Shown in pieces: positions 10,365-19,656 of a stretch of 64,000 nt of DNA. The DNA comes from an uncultured bacterium. Its GTDB lineage: Bacteria; Chloroflexota; UBA5177; JANWHV01. Location of the stretch: contig CAWHAE010000008.1 of the NCBI GenBank assembly GCA_963827235.1, forward strand, positions 32,001 to 96,000, read 5' to 3'. The notes below the pieces were generated by a model. That model saw only the letters and a program-made list of their open reading frames with translations, was not told where the DNA came from and did no database searches. Position numbers and translations under genes: made by a program. Position 1 is the stretch's first letter. The number at the start of each line of letters is the position of its first letter.

Positions 10365-10615
10365 GGCATCACCCTTCATCCCCTTGAGCAGCTTCGCAGG
10401 CCTCCGGGCTGGGCCCGCCACGAAGCAGCTACGCGATGCCCACGGCCAGAAGCGCGCCCGCTACCGGCCCCGCGACATAGATCCAGTAGGTATCCATGTA
10501 GCCGCCCACGGCGGCCGGCCCGAAGGAACGGGCTGGGTTCATGGAGGCGCCGCTAATGGGCGCGGCAAAAAGACCGTCGAGGGCAATGGTCCCGGCCACG
10601 ACCAGCGCCCGTGGC
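10365..10615 (-). pseudogene. Aquaporin/MIP C-terminal relic
   Basis: PISGASMNPARSFGPA..WIYVAGPVAGALLAVGIA*LLRG; only the second NPA half is present, with an in-frame TAG at 10429. Confidence 0.85.
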
Positions 10616-10619
10616 CGCA

Positions 10620-11291
10620 CTAGTTATCCGGAGCCACGATAGCAGCTATGTCGACGCCATTCTGTCCCATCGTGACGTGCACACGCTTGAGGTGGTCCTT
10701 TGTCACCGCAAGGTGCACGTCACGTGTAACCAGATCGACGCCATCCACGAGCGCCATCGGCACATACAGGTCGTGAGGGATGAACGGGTTCTTGCGCACC
10801 TCTATATACTCGCGATCGATGTTGTAAGTGTCGATTGTGCCAACCCTCTCGCCGAAGACATCGAACACGCGCATCCCGACGTCGATCTGCCGCTTGATCT
10901 CATCCACATTGGTACAGTCGACTTGCAAAGGAGCACCCGTGTAGCCACTGGGGACGTTGGTCACGGCGATATGCTCGGCCGAGCCCGAACTCGCGTCTTC
11001 GGCGGCCTTCACCATCGTGGTGCGGGCTGGCGGATTGGTGTAGGCGGCCAGCAGATCGTCCTTCGTCACGCTGAGACCGATCTCGCGCTTGTCGATGGTC
11101 GCGATGAGCTTGTACGGGATGTACAGCGTGCGATGCACAAATGTCCCCTTCTCCACGGTCATCCAGCCTGTCTGGCTGTCGTAGATCTCGACCGTGCCGA
11201 GCTTCGTGCCGTCGCGATCGTAGACGCGTTGCCCATACGCGATGAGCTGCCTGATGTGTTCGGAGACGACGTCCGGCGTTGACATACTCAT
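10620..11291 (-). CDS. Tandem PRC-barrel/DUF2171-like protein
   Basis: Two repeats: GQRVYDRDGTKLGTV..LYIP..LSVTKDDL and GMRVFDVFGERVGTI..LYVP..LAVTKDHL. Confidence 0.8.
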   Translation of the reverse strand: MSMSTPDVVSEHIRQLIAYGQRVYDRDGTKLGTVEIYDSQTGWMTVEKGTFVHRTLYIPYKLIATIDKREIGLSVTKDDLLAAYTNPPARTTMVKAAEDASSGSAEHIAVTNVPSGYTGAPLQVDCTNVDEIKRQIDVGMRVFDVFGERVGTIDTYNIDREYIEVRKNPFIPHDLYVPMALVDGVDLVTRDVHLAVTKDHLKRVHVTMGQNGVDIAAIVAPDN

Positions 11292-12483
11292 ACTGGTATT
11301 TCTCCCATCTACGCGCGCTAGCGCGCAAGACACCTGCCCAACGGTCTGAACTCTCTATGCAGGCGACGGCCTCTCCAGTACGTTCCGCGTTGCTCGCGCA
11401 CAACCTCCTTCCTGCACCGCCGACTATTCTGCGCCACACCGGAGTGTGTGCGCCGCGTCGCGTATATTCTCCGGGCCGATGGCCGGGCACCAACCCAACA
11501 CCGCATCGCCTTGCTTTCCACTGTAGGCGCAGGCCGATGCCGCGCCGGCGGGCCTCGCCTGCCATCTGTGTGAGAGATTACCGGGCACTTGCACTTCCCA
11601 TCGCCCGTCATCTCTGCTCTAGGTCAGGGATCGTCACAGCCCTCCGCGGGCTGGCCTCCGCAATCACTACGTTCGAACGCTCCTACGGCCGAGATAGGCC
11701 GGCCCGCGGCCACCTGGACGGCGCGCACGGTCCACCGTCCAGGTGCGCATGCTCTTGTAGTGATGAGACGTACACCCGCCGATTGGACCCGGGTTGGAGC
11801 AGGCTGTGGCGGCCTACGCGCCTTCCGGTCAGCGCAGTGGGATGCAGCAAGCTGTGCGTCCACAGGCGGCCTTGCGGTGCGCCGAGCATCCAGCTCACCG
11901 CGAACTCTGGCTACCATGCCCACGCGGCTCGAGGTGGTCCGCGTGGGCGCTCGGCCACGGTCGAGATGCACCAACGCTCACCTCCGAACAGGAGTGCACA
12001 CGCCCCCGCGTGAGTCAAGCGCACGCAGCACTCCCGCGGCATCTGCGCGAGCTTGGTGGCCGACAGTTCTCACGGTAGCCACGGACTGCGCAAAATGAAT
12101 CCGCCAATCGTACGGTCCACGCGGCAATACCATCCTAACCTGACGGGCCGGAGCGTTGCGTGAGAGAGCGAATGTGCCGGGCGCGTGACTCCTTCGTTCG
12201 TCCCGTGAATGTGCCACGGTGCTCGTTTGCGCCGACAGCTCTTGGCGGCAGCCTCAGCCCGGGAAAGAAGAGACCTGCAGTAGCAGGTGCGTATTGCCTC
12301 GGCTGGGCGGCATATCCTGGCGGTACAGCCGCTGAGTGTACCCAAGGCGGTACGAGCCATCTGACCTATCCTTATATGTGGAGCTCGTGACCTTCGATCG
12401 CGTCTGGTACTCGTCGCGGCACCCACCGCTGCCTGTGCGAACTGCGGAGGACTCTAGCGCAAGCATCGAGAGGAGGGCAGAAG

Positions 12484-12873
12484 ATGAATGATGCGGAACG
12501 ACGCGCTGCGCTTGATCGTCACTGGGCGGCATCCGCGGCCGGAGATCAGGATGCCGAGCACGAGATCTATCACGAGGACGTGGTATGTGAGTATCCACAA
12601 TCGCGGGAACGAATACATGGGAAGCAGAACCTTCGAGCCCTTCGAAGCCACCATCCGGCGAGGCTTGCGTTCACTGTCCGGAGAGTCATCGGGTCAGGCC
12701 GCCTTTGGATCACCGAGTATGTGATTGCCTACGACGACAAACCGGTGTTCACGGTCAGCATCATGGAGTTCCGCGACGGCAAGGTAGCACGGGAGACCCA
12801 ATACTTCGCAGATCCCTTTGAGGCGCCGGCGTGGCGCGCACAGTGGGTCGAGGTGCTCGAGCAGCATCAATAG
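12484..12873 (+). CDS. SnoaL/NTF2-like protein
   Basis: EHEIYHEDVVCEYPQSRERIHG..MEFRDGKVARETQYFADPFEAPAWR; AGGAGG SD. Confidence 0.88.
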   Translation: MNDAERRAALDRHWAASAAGDQDAEHEIYHEDVVCEYPQSRERIHGKQNLRALRSHHPARLAFTVRRVIGSGRLWITEYVIAYDDKPVFTVSIMEFRDGKVARETQYFADPFEAPAWRAQWVEVLEQHQ

Positions 12874-12919
12874 GCGTCGAGAAGTCACCGGCCCGAGCCA
12901 GACCGTGTCCGGCACGCAG

Positions 12920-13125
12920 TGCCCTACGCGACCCCGTCAAGAGCGCGGTAGTACCGTTGATGAGAGCCGGTCGTGCACTCGAGCGGTCGACAAGCCGTGC
13001 GGCGATCGGCGCCGCCAGTGCCCGCCCGCCGGCGGGCAGCAACACAAGCCCAGCGATCGAGGGCCCATAGCCGAGTCCCGCGGGATACGCTACTGCAGTG
13101 CCAAACGCTTGGAGGACTCGGCAGG
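12920..13125 (-). pseudogene. MFS transporter relic
   Basis: RVLQAFGTAVAYPAG..GLVLLP..APIAARLVDR resembles fused fragments of a DHA2-type MFS; no intact ORF. Confidence 0.5.
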
Positions 13126-13575
13126 AGAGCTGCCACAAGAACGTCGGGGCTCGACGAGTGTCGGCGCGCCGTGCTGGTCATTGCCATGGAGAAGACATGT
13201 GGCGCAATGAAAGACCTTGGGCAGCGTTCGTTCATTTGCACGGAAAGTCGTGCACTCCTGTGCCGAAGGCAATGGGCGGGTGCTTATTCACGCGCCCATT
13301 GGGGGGCTGGCAGCATTGGCGATAGCGGCGTGAGTCTCGCGCTATGACGCTGGTGCAAACACGTGTCGCGCAGGTTCTTCACTCGCGGTACGGCTCGACA
13401 TGGAAAACTTGCCGCAGTTGGAGGCTACTGTTCCCCAGTGCCGCCGTCCCCGTTCGCTGCCGCTCGACCTCAGTCGGAGGCTCGGTCCACGTGCACAAGA
13501 AGACCCGAACGTCAGTCCGTGCCTGCGGCAGTTCTCAGCGTAATAATAAGGTTGAGGCGTCCGCCTGCCGGCCCG

Positions 13576-14085
13576 TCAGAACGGGATGTCGGAGTCGTCC
13601 GCCTCGTCGAGATCCGGCGCCGGCGTGCGGTTTCCTGAGGAACGACTGTTGAAAGGCGTGGGCGTCCGGCTGGGACTCGATCCACCAAACGCTGGGGCGT
13701 CGTCAAACGATCCACCCGGTTCCGTGACGCCCTTAGGCGTCAGAATCTGCATGTCGTCCATCGTCACGTCCAGCGAGAACCGCTTCTGCCCATCGTTGCC
13801 AATGAACTCTCGCGTACGCAGATCGCCGGAGACGAACACGGCCATGCCCTTCTTGAGCAGATCGTTCGAGATCTCCGCCTGCCGCCGCCAGGCGCTGACG
13901 CGGAACCACGTGGTCGACTCTTCCGGCTGGGCGCCCATGCCACCTTCGGCGCCCTGGGCGCGGCGATTTCGCTCACTCACTGCCACGCTGAACGACGCCA
14001 CTGCCGTGCCGTCGTTGGTATATCGCATGACCGGATCGCTGCCCAGATGCCCGATAATGAAGATCTTCTTGAGGTTTCCAGCCAT
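13576..14085 (-). CDS. ssb: Single-stranded DNA-binding protein
   Basis: IIGHLGSDPVMRYT, TTWFRVSAW, acidic C-terminal DDSDIPF. Confidence 0.97.
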   Translation of the reverse strand: MAGNLKKIFIIGHLGSDPVMRYTNDGTAVASFSVAVSERNRRAQGAEGGMGAQPEESTTWFRVSAWRRQAEISNDLLKKGMAVFVSGDLRTREFIGNDGQKRFSLDVTMDDMQILTPKGVTEPGGSFDDAPAFGGSSPSRTPTPFNSRSSGNRTPAPDLDEADDSDIPF

Positions 14086-14121
14086 CGTCACGCCTCCCCG
14101 ATGTAACTACGGCCGCCCGAA

Positions 14122-14562
14122 TCACTCCTCGGCGGCAGGTATGAGATCGGGATCGATGCTCTCGTCCTCCAGCACCGCGCTATCGTCGAGGCCCACCGTT
14201 TCGCGCTCGATCGGTCGTGCCTCGGCTGCCTGTCCGGGCGCAACCGCAACCGGAAGCACAGGCTTGATCGGCACCTCGTCCTGGCGGAACGCTCCGTGAC
14301 GCAGGATATTCTCGTTGAGCCTGAGATCGTTCTCGAACGCGCTCATGGCATCGGTAGGCATCGCGAACCGGGTCGTGACGTAGAATCCATCCCGATTGTG
14401 TGCTATTGGATAGGCCAGGCGCCTGCGGCCCCAGGCGTGTACCTCGGTGACTGATCCGCCGCCAGCTCCGATCAAATGGTTGACTCGCTCAATGACGGCA
14501 GCCGTGGCCTCTTCGTCGAGCGCCGTGCTGACAATGAACGTAACTTCGTAGTCGCGTAACAA
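14122..14562 (-). CDS. rpsF: 30S ribosomal protein S6 with long acidic tail
   Basis: RDYEVTFI, WGRRRLAYPI, LRLNENILRH; AAGGAG SD before TTG 14562. Confidence 0.95.
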   Translation of the reverse strand: MLRDYEVTFIVSTALDEEATAAVIERVNHLIGAGGGSVTEVHAWGRRRLAYPIAHNRDGFYVTTRFAMPTDAMSAFENDLRLNENILRHGAFRQDEVPIKPVLPVAVAPGQAAEARPIERETVGLDDSAVLEDESIDPDLIPAAEE

Positions 14563-14861
14563 TACACCGCTCCTTCCCTTGGGTAAGCCCCAGGTGCCCA
14601 CACGTCGACCGGACCGGTGTATGCCCGTTCGAGGCACTCAGAGCGAGAAGCATCCCTGGCCGCGCAGTGCCAGCCAGCACAACATGTCACGTTCAGCCAC
14701 TGAACGCGCCTTGTGAATGTAGCAGTTGCGCCCCATCGGCGGCAACTGCCCGCTCCTCGCCACTCATCTGCACCGTGCCCCACGCCGATGGCGTCCCTGT
14801 GTTAGAATCCAAGCACAGGATTAGGCGCATATATCACTCCGAGTCAGGAGGAGAGCACCAG

Positions 14862-15188
14862 ATGCCGGGCATTGTAAGCTGGCTTCTCGTTATCGCAGCG
14901 ATCCTCTCACTCGTCGCATTCGGACTCCTCGTCATGGTAGCCCTCGAGATTCGCGACCTGGTCAAGCAGATCAAGGACGAAGTAATGCCTCTCATCGGCT
15001 CGGCTCAGCAGACCGTCAAGACGATGCAGGGCACCAGCGAATTCGTGAGCAGTGGACTGGTCAAGCCGCTGATCACCAGCGTCAGTGTCACCGCCGGCGT
15101 GGCAAAGACGGTCCAGGTGCTCACCGGGAGCGTGGCACGCGGCCTGCGCCATTCCCGCAAGCCCGGCGACACCCCCGGGGAGTCGTGA
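14862..15188 (+). CDS. Small membrane protein (DUF948-like)
   Basis: N-terminal TM helix plus amphipathic coil, TVKTMQGTSEFVS..VKPLI; AGGAGG SD. Confidence 0.75.
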   Translation: MPGIVSWLLVIAAILSLVAFGLLVMVALEIRDLVKQIKDEVMPLIGSAQQTVKTMQGTSEFVSSGLVKPLITSVSVTAGVAKTVQVLTGSVARGLRHSRKPGDTPGES

Positions 15189-15189
15189 G

Positions 15190-15561
15190 ATGGGCGATCT
15201 CAACGATTTCGTCGGCGCTGTGGGCGGCACCATTATCTGCCTCGAGCTGATCGTCCTGCTGGTGCTACTGGTCGCCATCAATGCCGGCCTGGCGTTTGGG
15301 CTCTGGTGGCTGCTGAAGCACACCAAGCTCGTGCACGAGAAGATCGCCTGGGCCACGGGCAAGTATGAGCACGTTGTCGACAAGGGCCTGAACGTCGCCG
15401 CCGCGCCGGTCATCCGCTCCACCAGTGCCTGGAGGGGGTTGAAGGCGGGCCTGTATCGCGCCACTCACTGGCCCCGCGCCGAGGTACGCGCTTCGGTCGC
15501 GGCGCCGGAAGCTCCGCCTGCCAGTGCGGAGCCTGCCCGTCGTCCGTCGCGCGCGGCCTAG
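15190..15561 (+). CDS. Small membrane protein
   Basis: Long hydrophobic segment; starts immediately after the previous stop (TGA G ATG). Confidence 0.7.
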   Translation: MGDLNDFVGAVGGTIICLELIVLLVLLVAINAGLAFGLWWLLKHTKLVHEKIAWATGKYEHVVDKGLNVAAAPVIRSTSAWRGLKAGLYRATHWPRAEVRASVAAPEAPPASAEPARRPSRAA

Positions 15562-15581
15562 GTGACCGGTTTTCCTTCGCA

Positions 15582-15786
15582 GCGGCGGCTGCGGTAGGCT
15601 ATAGGCATTGTCCGACGCGGGATCCCTCCCAGGCCGGGGCGAAGCCGTTCGCCGGCAGACGCTCGGCCGGGTGCGCGTATGAAGCAGGGCCCTCCGCGTT
15701 GCGGCGAGCCGGAGCCGGCACATCTGGGGCACCGTCGGAATCGGAGGGTGCCTACCGCGCTCGCATTCGAAGGATCGAGCCGCCGC
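15582..15786. ncRNA. Candidate structured RNA (long rod with internal bubble; 6S-like or aspS leader)
   Basis: Nested complementary pairs 15582-90/15778-86, 15591-99/15750-58 and 15611-17/15733-39. Confidence 0.35.
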
Positions 15787-15817
15787 GGGCGGGTTAGTTG
15801 AGGAGACGCGCACGACA

Positions 15818-17596
15818 GTGGTCGCACATAAGAGTGTCACATGTGGTGAGCTGCGACCGGCTCAAGCCGGCCAGGTGGTCACGCTTCAAGGATGGCTCAA
15901 TCGCCGCCGCGACCAGGGCCATCTCATCTTTCTGGACATCCGCGACCGCTGGGGCATAACGCAGGTTGTCGTCGACCAGGAGCGCTCTCCGGAAGCCCAC
16001 GCCGTCGCGGAAGGTGTCAGAAACGAGTTCGTGCTGGCCGTCACCGGCACCGTTGCTGCCCGGCCCGAGGGCACCGAGAACATCCGGCTCGCCTCCGGCG
16101 GCATCGAGGTGCACGCTTCAGCAGTTGAAATACTCAATCCTTCCAAGACGCCGCCGTTCTACGTCAACGAGGATGTCCCCGTCGAAGAGCCGTTGAGGCT
16201 TCGCTATCGTTACCTCGACCTGCGTCGCGAGACCATGCGCGAAAACATCATCACCCGCCACCGTGTGGTCAAGTTCATGCGTGATTACCTCGATGCTCGC
16301 GGCTTTATCGAGATCGAGACGCCGATCCTGTTCAAGAGCTCGCCCGGAGGCGCGCGCGACTTCCTGGTGCCGAGCCGCGTGCATCCCGGCGAGTTCTACG
16401 CATTGCCACAGTCGCCGCAGCAGCTCAAGCAGATGCTCATGGTGGCAGGGTTTGAGAAATACTTCCAGATCGCGCGTTGCTTTCGCGACGAGGACCAGCG
16501 TGCCGACCGGCAGCCGGAATTCACGCAGCTCGACGTCGAGATGAGCTTCGTCGAGCAGGAGGATATCCTGCAGCTCTTCGAAGGCCTCTACAGCGCGATA
16601 GGCAAACAGCTGAGCAGCAAGTCGCTGCTTGCCGAACCTTTCCCGCGCTTGACCTTCCGCCAGGCCATGGATAGCTACGGTTCGGACAAGCCGGACCTGC
16701 GATTCGGCCTCGAGATGCAGGACCTCTCGGATGTCTTCGCGGAGAGCGAGTTCTCGGTGTTCGCATCGGCGCTGGCGTCCGGTGGAGCAATCAAGGGGTT
16801 GCGTGCCCCGGGGCTCGGCGGCAGCTCGCGCAAGGAGCTCGACCGGTTCACGGCGCTCGCCCGGACCCACGGCGCGCGCGGCCTGGTCACTCTTGCCGTT
16901 CAAGAGGACGGCAGCCTGAAGGGGGCAGCGGCAAAGCACATCGACGACGCGCAGAGAGGCCTGGCAATGGATCGTCTGCAGGCCGTGCCCGGGGATCTGT
17001 TGTTGATCGTGGCGGACGTTGGCGACAAGGCGCTGGAGGCGCTGGGCCATGTTCGCCAGGAGGTCGGCCGCATGCTGAACCTCGCCGATCCGACCGTGCT
17101 CGCCTTCGCCTGGGTGCTGGACATGCCGGCGTTCGAGGTCCTTGACGACGGCACGGTTGCCGCCAAGCACCATCAGTTCACCAGTCCGAACGACGAGGAC
17201 CTGGCCTTCCTGGAGTCCGATCCTCTCAGGGTGCGCGCCAAGCAGTACGACCTCGTGTGCAACGGGTTCGAAGTGGCCGGTGGAAGCATCAGAATTCATC
17301 GCCGGGAAGTGCAGGAGCGCGTGTTCTCGCTTCTTGGGATGACGCCTGAAGACGTACAGGATCGTTTCGGCTTCATGCTCGAGGCGTTCGAGTATGGTAC
17401 GCCACCGCACGGAGGCATTGCCGGTGGCGTCGACAGGCTGGTCGGCCTCCTTCGCGATACCACCAACATTCGCGATGTGATCGCCTTTCCGAAGAATCAG
17501 AGCGCGCAGGATATGATGGCCGGCGCCCCGTCTCGGGTTCCGGACGCGCAGCTCGACGAGCTCTGGGTGAAGTCGGCCGTCCCGGAAGACTCGTGA
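15818..17596 (+). CDS. aspS: Aspartate--tRNA ligase (possibly non-discriminating)
   Basis: GARDFLVPSR, ALPQSPQ, FQIARCFRDED.RADRQPEFTQLD, GGSIRIH, YGTPPHGGIA. Confidence 0.97.
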   Translation: MVAHKSVTCGELRPAQAGQVVTLQGWLNRRRDQGHLIFLDIRDRWGITQVVVDQERSPEAHAVAEGVRNEFVLAVTGTVAARPEGTENIRLASGGIEVHASAVEILNPSKTPPFYVNEDVPVEEPLRLRYRYLDLRRETMRENIITRHRVVKFMRDYLDARGFIEIETPILFKSSPGGARDFLVPSRVHPGEFYALPQSPQQLKQMLMVAGFEKYFQIARCFRDEDQRADRQPEFTQLDVEMSFVEQEDILQLFEGLYSAIGKQLSSKSLLAEPFPRLTFRQAMDSYGSDKPDLRFGLEMQDLSDVFAESEFSVFASALASGGAIKGLRAPGLGGSSRKELDRFTALARTHGARGLVTLAVQEDGSLKGAAAKHIDDAQRGLAMDRLQAVPGDLLLIVADVGDKALEALGHVRQEVGRMLNLADPTVLAFAWVLDMPAFEVLDDGTVAAKHHQFTSPNDEDLAFLESDPLRVRAKQYDLVCNGFEVAGGSIRIHRREVQERVFSLLGMTPEDVQDRFGFMLEAFEYGTPPHGGIAGGVDRLVGLLRDTTNIRDVIAFPKNQSAQDMMAGAPSRVPDAQLDELWVKSAVPEDS

Positions 17597-17862
17597 GGAA
17601 ACGGAGCCAAGTGTCAGGGCACAGAATCAATTCTGCGGTGCGGCTGTAATCGTGGATCGGAGTGCGGACATCGTCCCCGATTGCGATCAGACCTGGCACA
17701 CGTCCTGCTCCGTGGCACCGTACCGCGCTAGCTGCACGCCAGGGCCGTGGCGACTCCGGGCGGGGCCGCGTTCGTGCTCGCTCCCCGGGGTGCGCTAACC
17801 GCGCCTTCTACGGGCGGCGCGAGCATCCGCGCTGAGACCGGCCCCGACGCACGTCCACCCGG

Positions 17863-18693
17863 TCAGGCGAAGTGGGTGTGCCATGCCTTCCAGCGATGGG
17901 TAGCAGCGGCGTGCACGGCAGCGGTTGCTCGGGCCGGCTCCAGGAAGAGGCCGAAACACGTAGGACCGCTGCCGCACATCTGGGTCTGCACCGCGCCCCA
18001 GGACTGCATGTACTCCAAAACCTCGGCGACTTCCGGATAAAGCGCTATCGTCACTGCGTGCAGCGCGTTCACGAGCGGCCAATCCGCGACTGGGTGGTTG
18101 AGCGGGAGCTCGGCGAAGCGCGAGCTTGCCTCGCCGGCCGTGTACATCGACGACGTGACTCCCTGGAAGACCTCGCCCGTCGACACGCCAAACCCAGGGT
18201 TGACCAGCACGACCTGGCAGTCGGGCTGGTCCCGTAGGCGGGAGACGTCCTCACCACGACCCCTGGCCAGCGCGGTGCCCCCGACGAGAAAGAACGGTAC
18301 GTCGGAACCGAGCTCCGCGGCCAGCGAGGTAAGCTCTTCCGGCTCCAAGCGGGCTTGCCACAGCCTGTTCAATGCTCGAAGCGTGGCGGCGGCATCGCTG
18401 CTGCCGCCGCCGAGTCCGGCCGCCACGGGGATGAATTTCCGAATGGTGATGTGCGCTCCCGCCGACGTGCCTGTCCTGGCACGCAGCAGCTCCGCGGCCG
18501 CGAATGCAAGGTTGGCCTCGCCGCCCAGTCCCTCAACGTCGCACGCGACCTCGATCGTCGGGGCCGCCTCGACTTCCAGGAGGTCGTGCAGTGCCAGTGC
18601 ACGCATGACCGAGCGAATCTCGTGGTAGCCATCCGGACGCCGCCCGAGCACCTCGAGAGTCAGGTTGAGCTTGGCATGGGCTTCGATGATCAC
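17863..18693 (-). CDS. ispE: 4-diphosphocytidyl-2-C-methyl-D-erythritol kinase
   Basis: AKLNLTLEVLGRRPDGYHE, IPVAAGLGGGSSDAA, LGSDVPFF, GSGPTCF. Confidence 0.96.
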   Translation of the reverse strand: MIIEAHAKLNLTLEVLGRRPDGYHEIRSVMRALALHDLLEVEAAPTIEVACDVEGLGGEANLAFAAAELLRARTGTSAGAHITIRKFIPVAAGLGGGSSDAAATLRALNRLWQARLEPEELTSLAAELGSDVPFFLVGGTALARGRGEDVSRLRDQPDCQVVLVNPGFGVSTGEVFQGVTSSMYTAGEASSRFAELPLNHPVADWPLVNALHAVTIALYPEVAEVLEYMQSWGAVQTQMCGSGPTCFGLFLEPARATAAVHAAATHRWKAWHTHFA

Positions 18694-19487
18694 TTCAGTG
18701 GCTCCGCCTCAGGTCTGTTTAGGTCCCAGATGTAGCGCAGGCCCTTCACGGTAAGCAGCGGATCGATCACCTCTATACATGGTACAGCCGGGCCTATCAG
18801 TGTCGAGCGGCCGCCGGTGGCAATGACGCGCGCGTTGCCTCCCAGCTCGTCCTGGAAACGCTTCGTCATCGACTCCACCAAGCCCATGTAGCCCAGGAAC
18901 ACGCCCGATTGCATGGCGTGCACGGTGTTGCGGCCGATTGCCGCCGGAGGCGCCGCCAGCTCGATGCGCTGGAGCTGCGCAGCGTAGCGAGCGAGCGCTT
19001 CCATGGAGATGGCAATTCCGGGAGCAATAGCCCCGCCCAGGTAGTCGCCGGACTCATCGATGGCGTTGAACGTGGTGGCGGTGCCGAAGTCGATGATGAT
19101 CGCCGGGAATCCGTACAGTATGCGCGTGGCCACGGCATCGCAGATGCGGTCGGCGCCGACCTCGCGCGGACGATCGTACCGTATCGCGAAGCCGGTATGC
19201 AGCTCGTGGCTTACCAGCAGGGGTGTGACGTTCCAATAGCGCACCACGAGCTCCGCCATTACGCCGGTCAGTGGCGGCACCACACTGGCTATCACGGCGC
19301 CATAGACAGACTCGTGGTCCAGACCGGCGTGGGCCAGCAAGGGGATGAGCATCGCCGCGTACTCGTCCGCGGTACGATCGGTGGCCGTCGCCAGCCGCCA
19401 GCTGCCGACCAGGTCCTCACCCTCGAAGATGGCGAAGACCGCGTTGGTGTTTCCGACGTCTATGGTCAAGACGCACTCTCCGGCCAT
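18690..19487 (-). CDS. coaX: Type III pantothenate kinase
   Basis: IDVGNTN, EVGADRI, IDFGTATT, GGAIAPG, VIATGG; GTGA overlap with ispE. Confidence 0.96.
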   Translation of the reverse strand: MAGECVLTIDVGNTNAVFAIFEGEDLVGSWRLATATDRTADEYAAMLIPLLAHAGLDHESVYGAVIASVVPPLTGVMAELVVRYWNVTPLLVSHELHTGFAIRYDRPREVGADRICDAVATRILYGFPAIIIDFGTATTFNAIDESGDYLGGAIAPGIAISMEALARYAAQLQRIELAAPPAAIGRNTVHAMQSGVFLGYMGLVESMTKRFQDELGGNARVIATGGRSTLIGPAVPCIEVIDPLLTVKGLRYIWDLNRPEAEPLK

Positions 19488-19656
19488 CAGGCCTTCCTTT
19501 CAAGCAGACGTGCCGACACCGCTATACGTTGTACCGCCCGCCGTACAATTGCGCCTGCCGCCCATGCGCCTCTCGCGATTGCGCCCGCTCTTCACGCGTT
19601 CGGGCGGTTTCTGTATGGAGGTTACCCCTGTACAATGCCTGTGGGAGCCGAGGCCA

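Noticed and set aside
11318-11410. AAGGAGG followed by a 27-aa ORF
   Set aside because: The SD-to-GTG spacing is only 2 nt and the peptide is unremarkable.
15660-15800. Canonical Asp T-box before aspS
   Set aside because: There is no UGGNACC bulge, AGAGA/T-loop pair or terminator. Kept only as an unclassified structure.
16335-16360. AspRS flipping-loop motif reads SPGGARD rather than TPEGARD
   Set aside because: tcgcccggaggc differs from tcgccggagggc by compensating +C/-G homopolymer changes, so it is probably a sequencing error.
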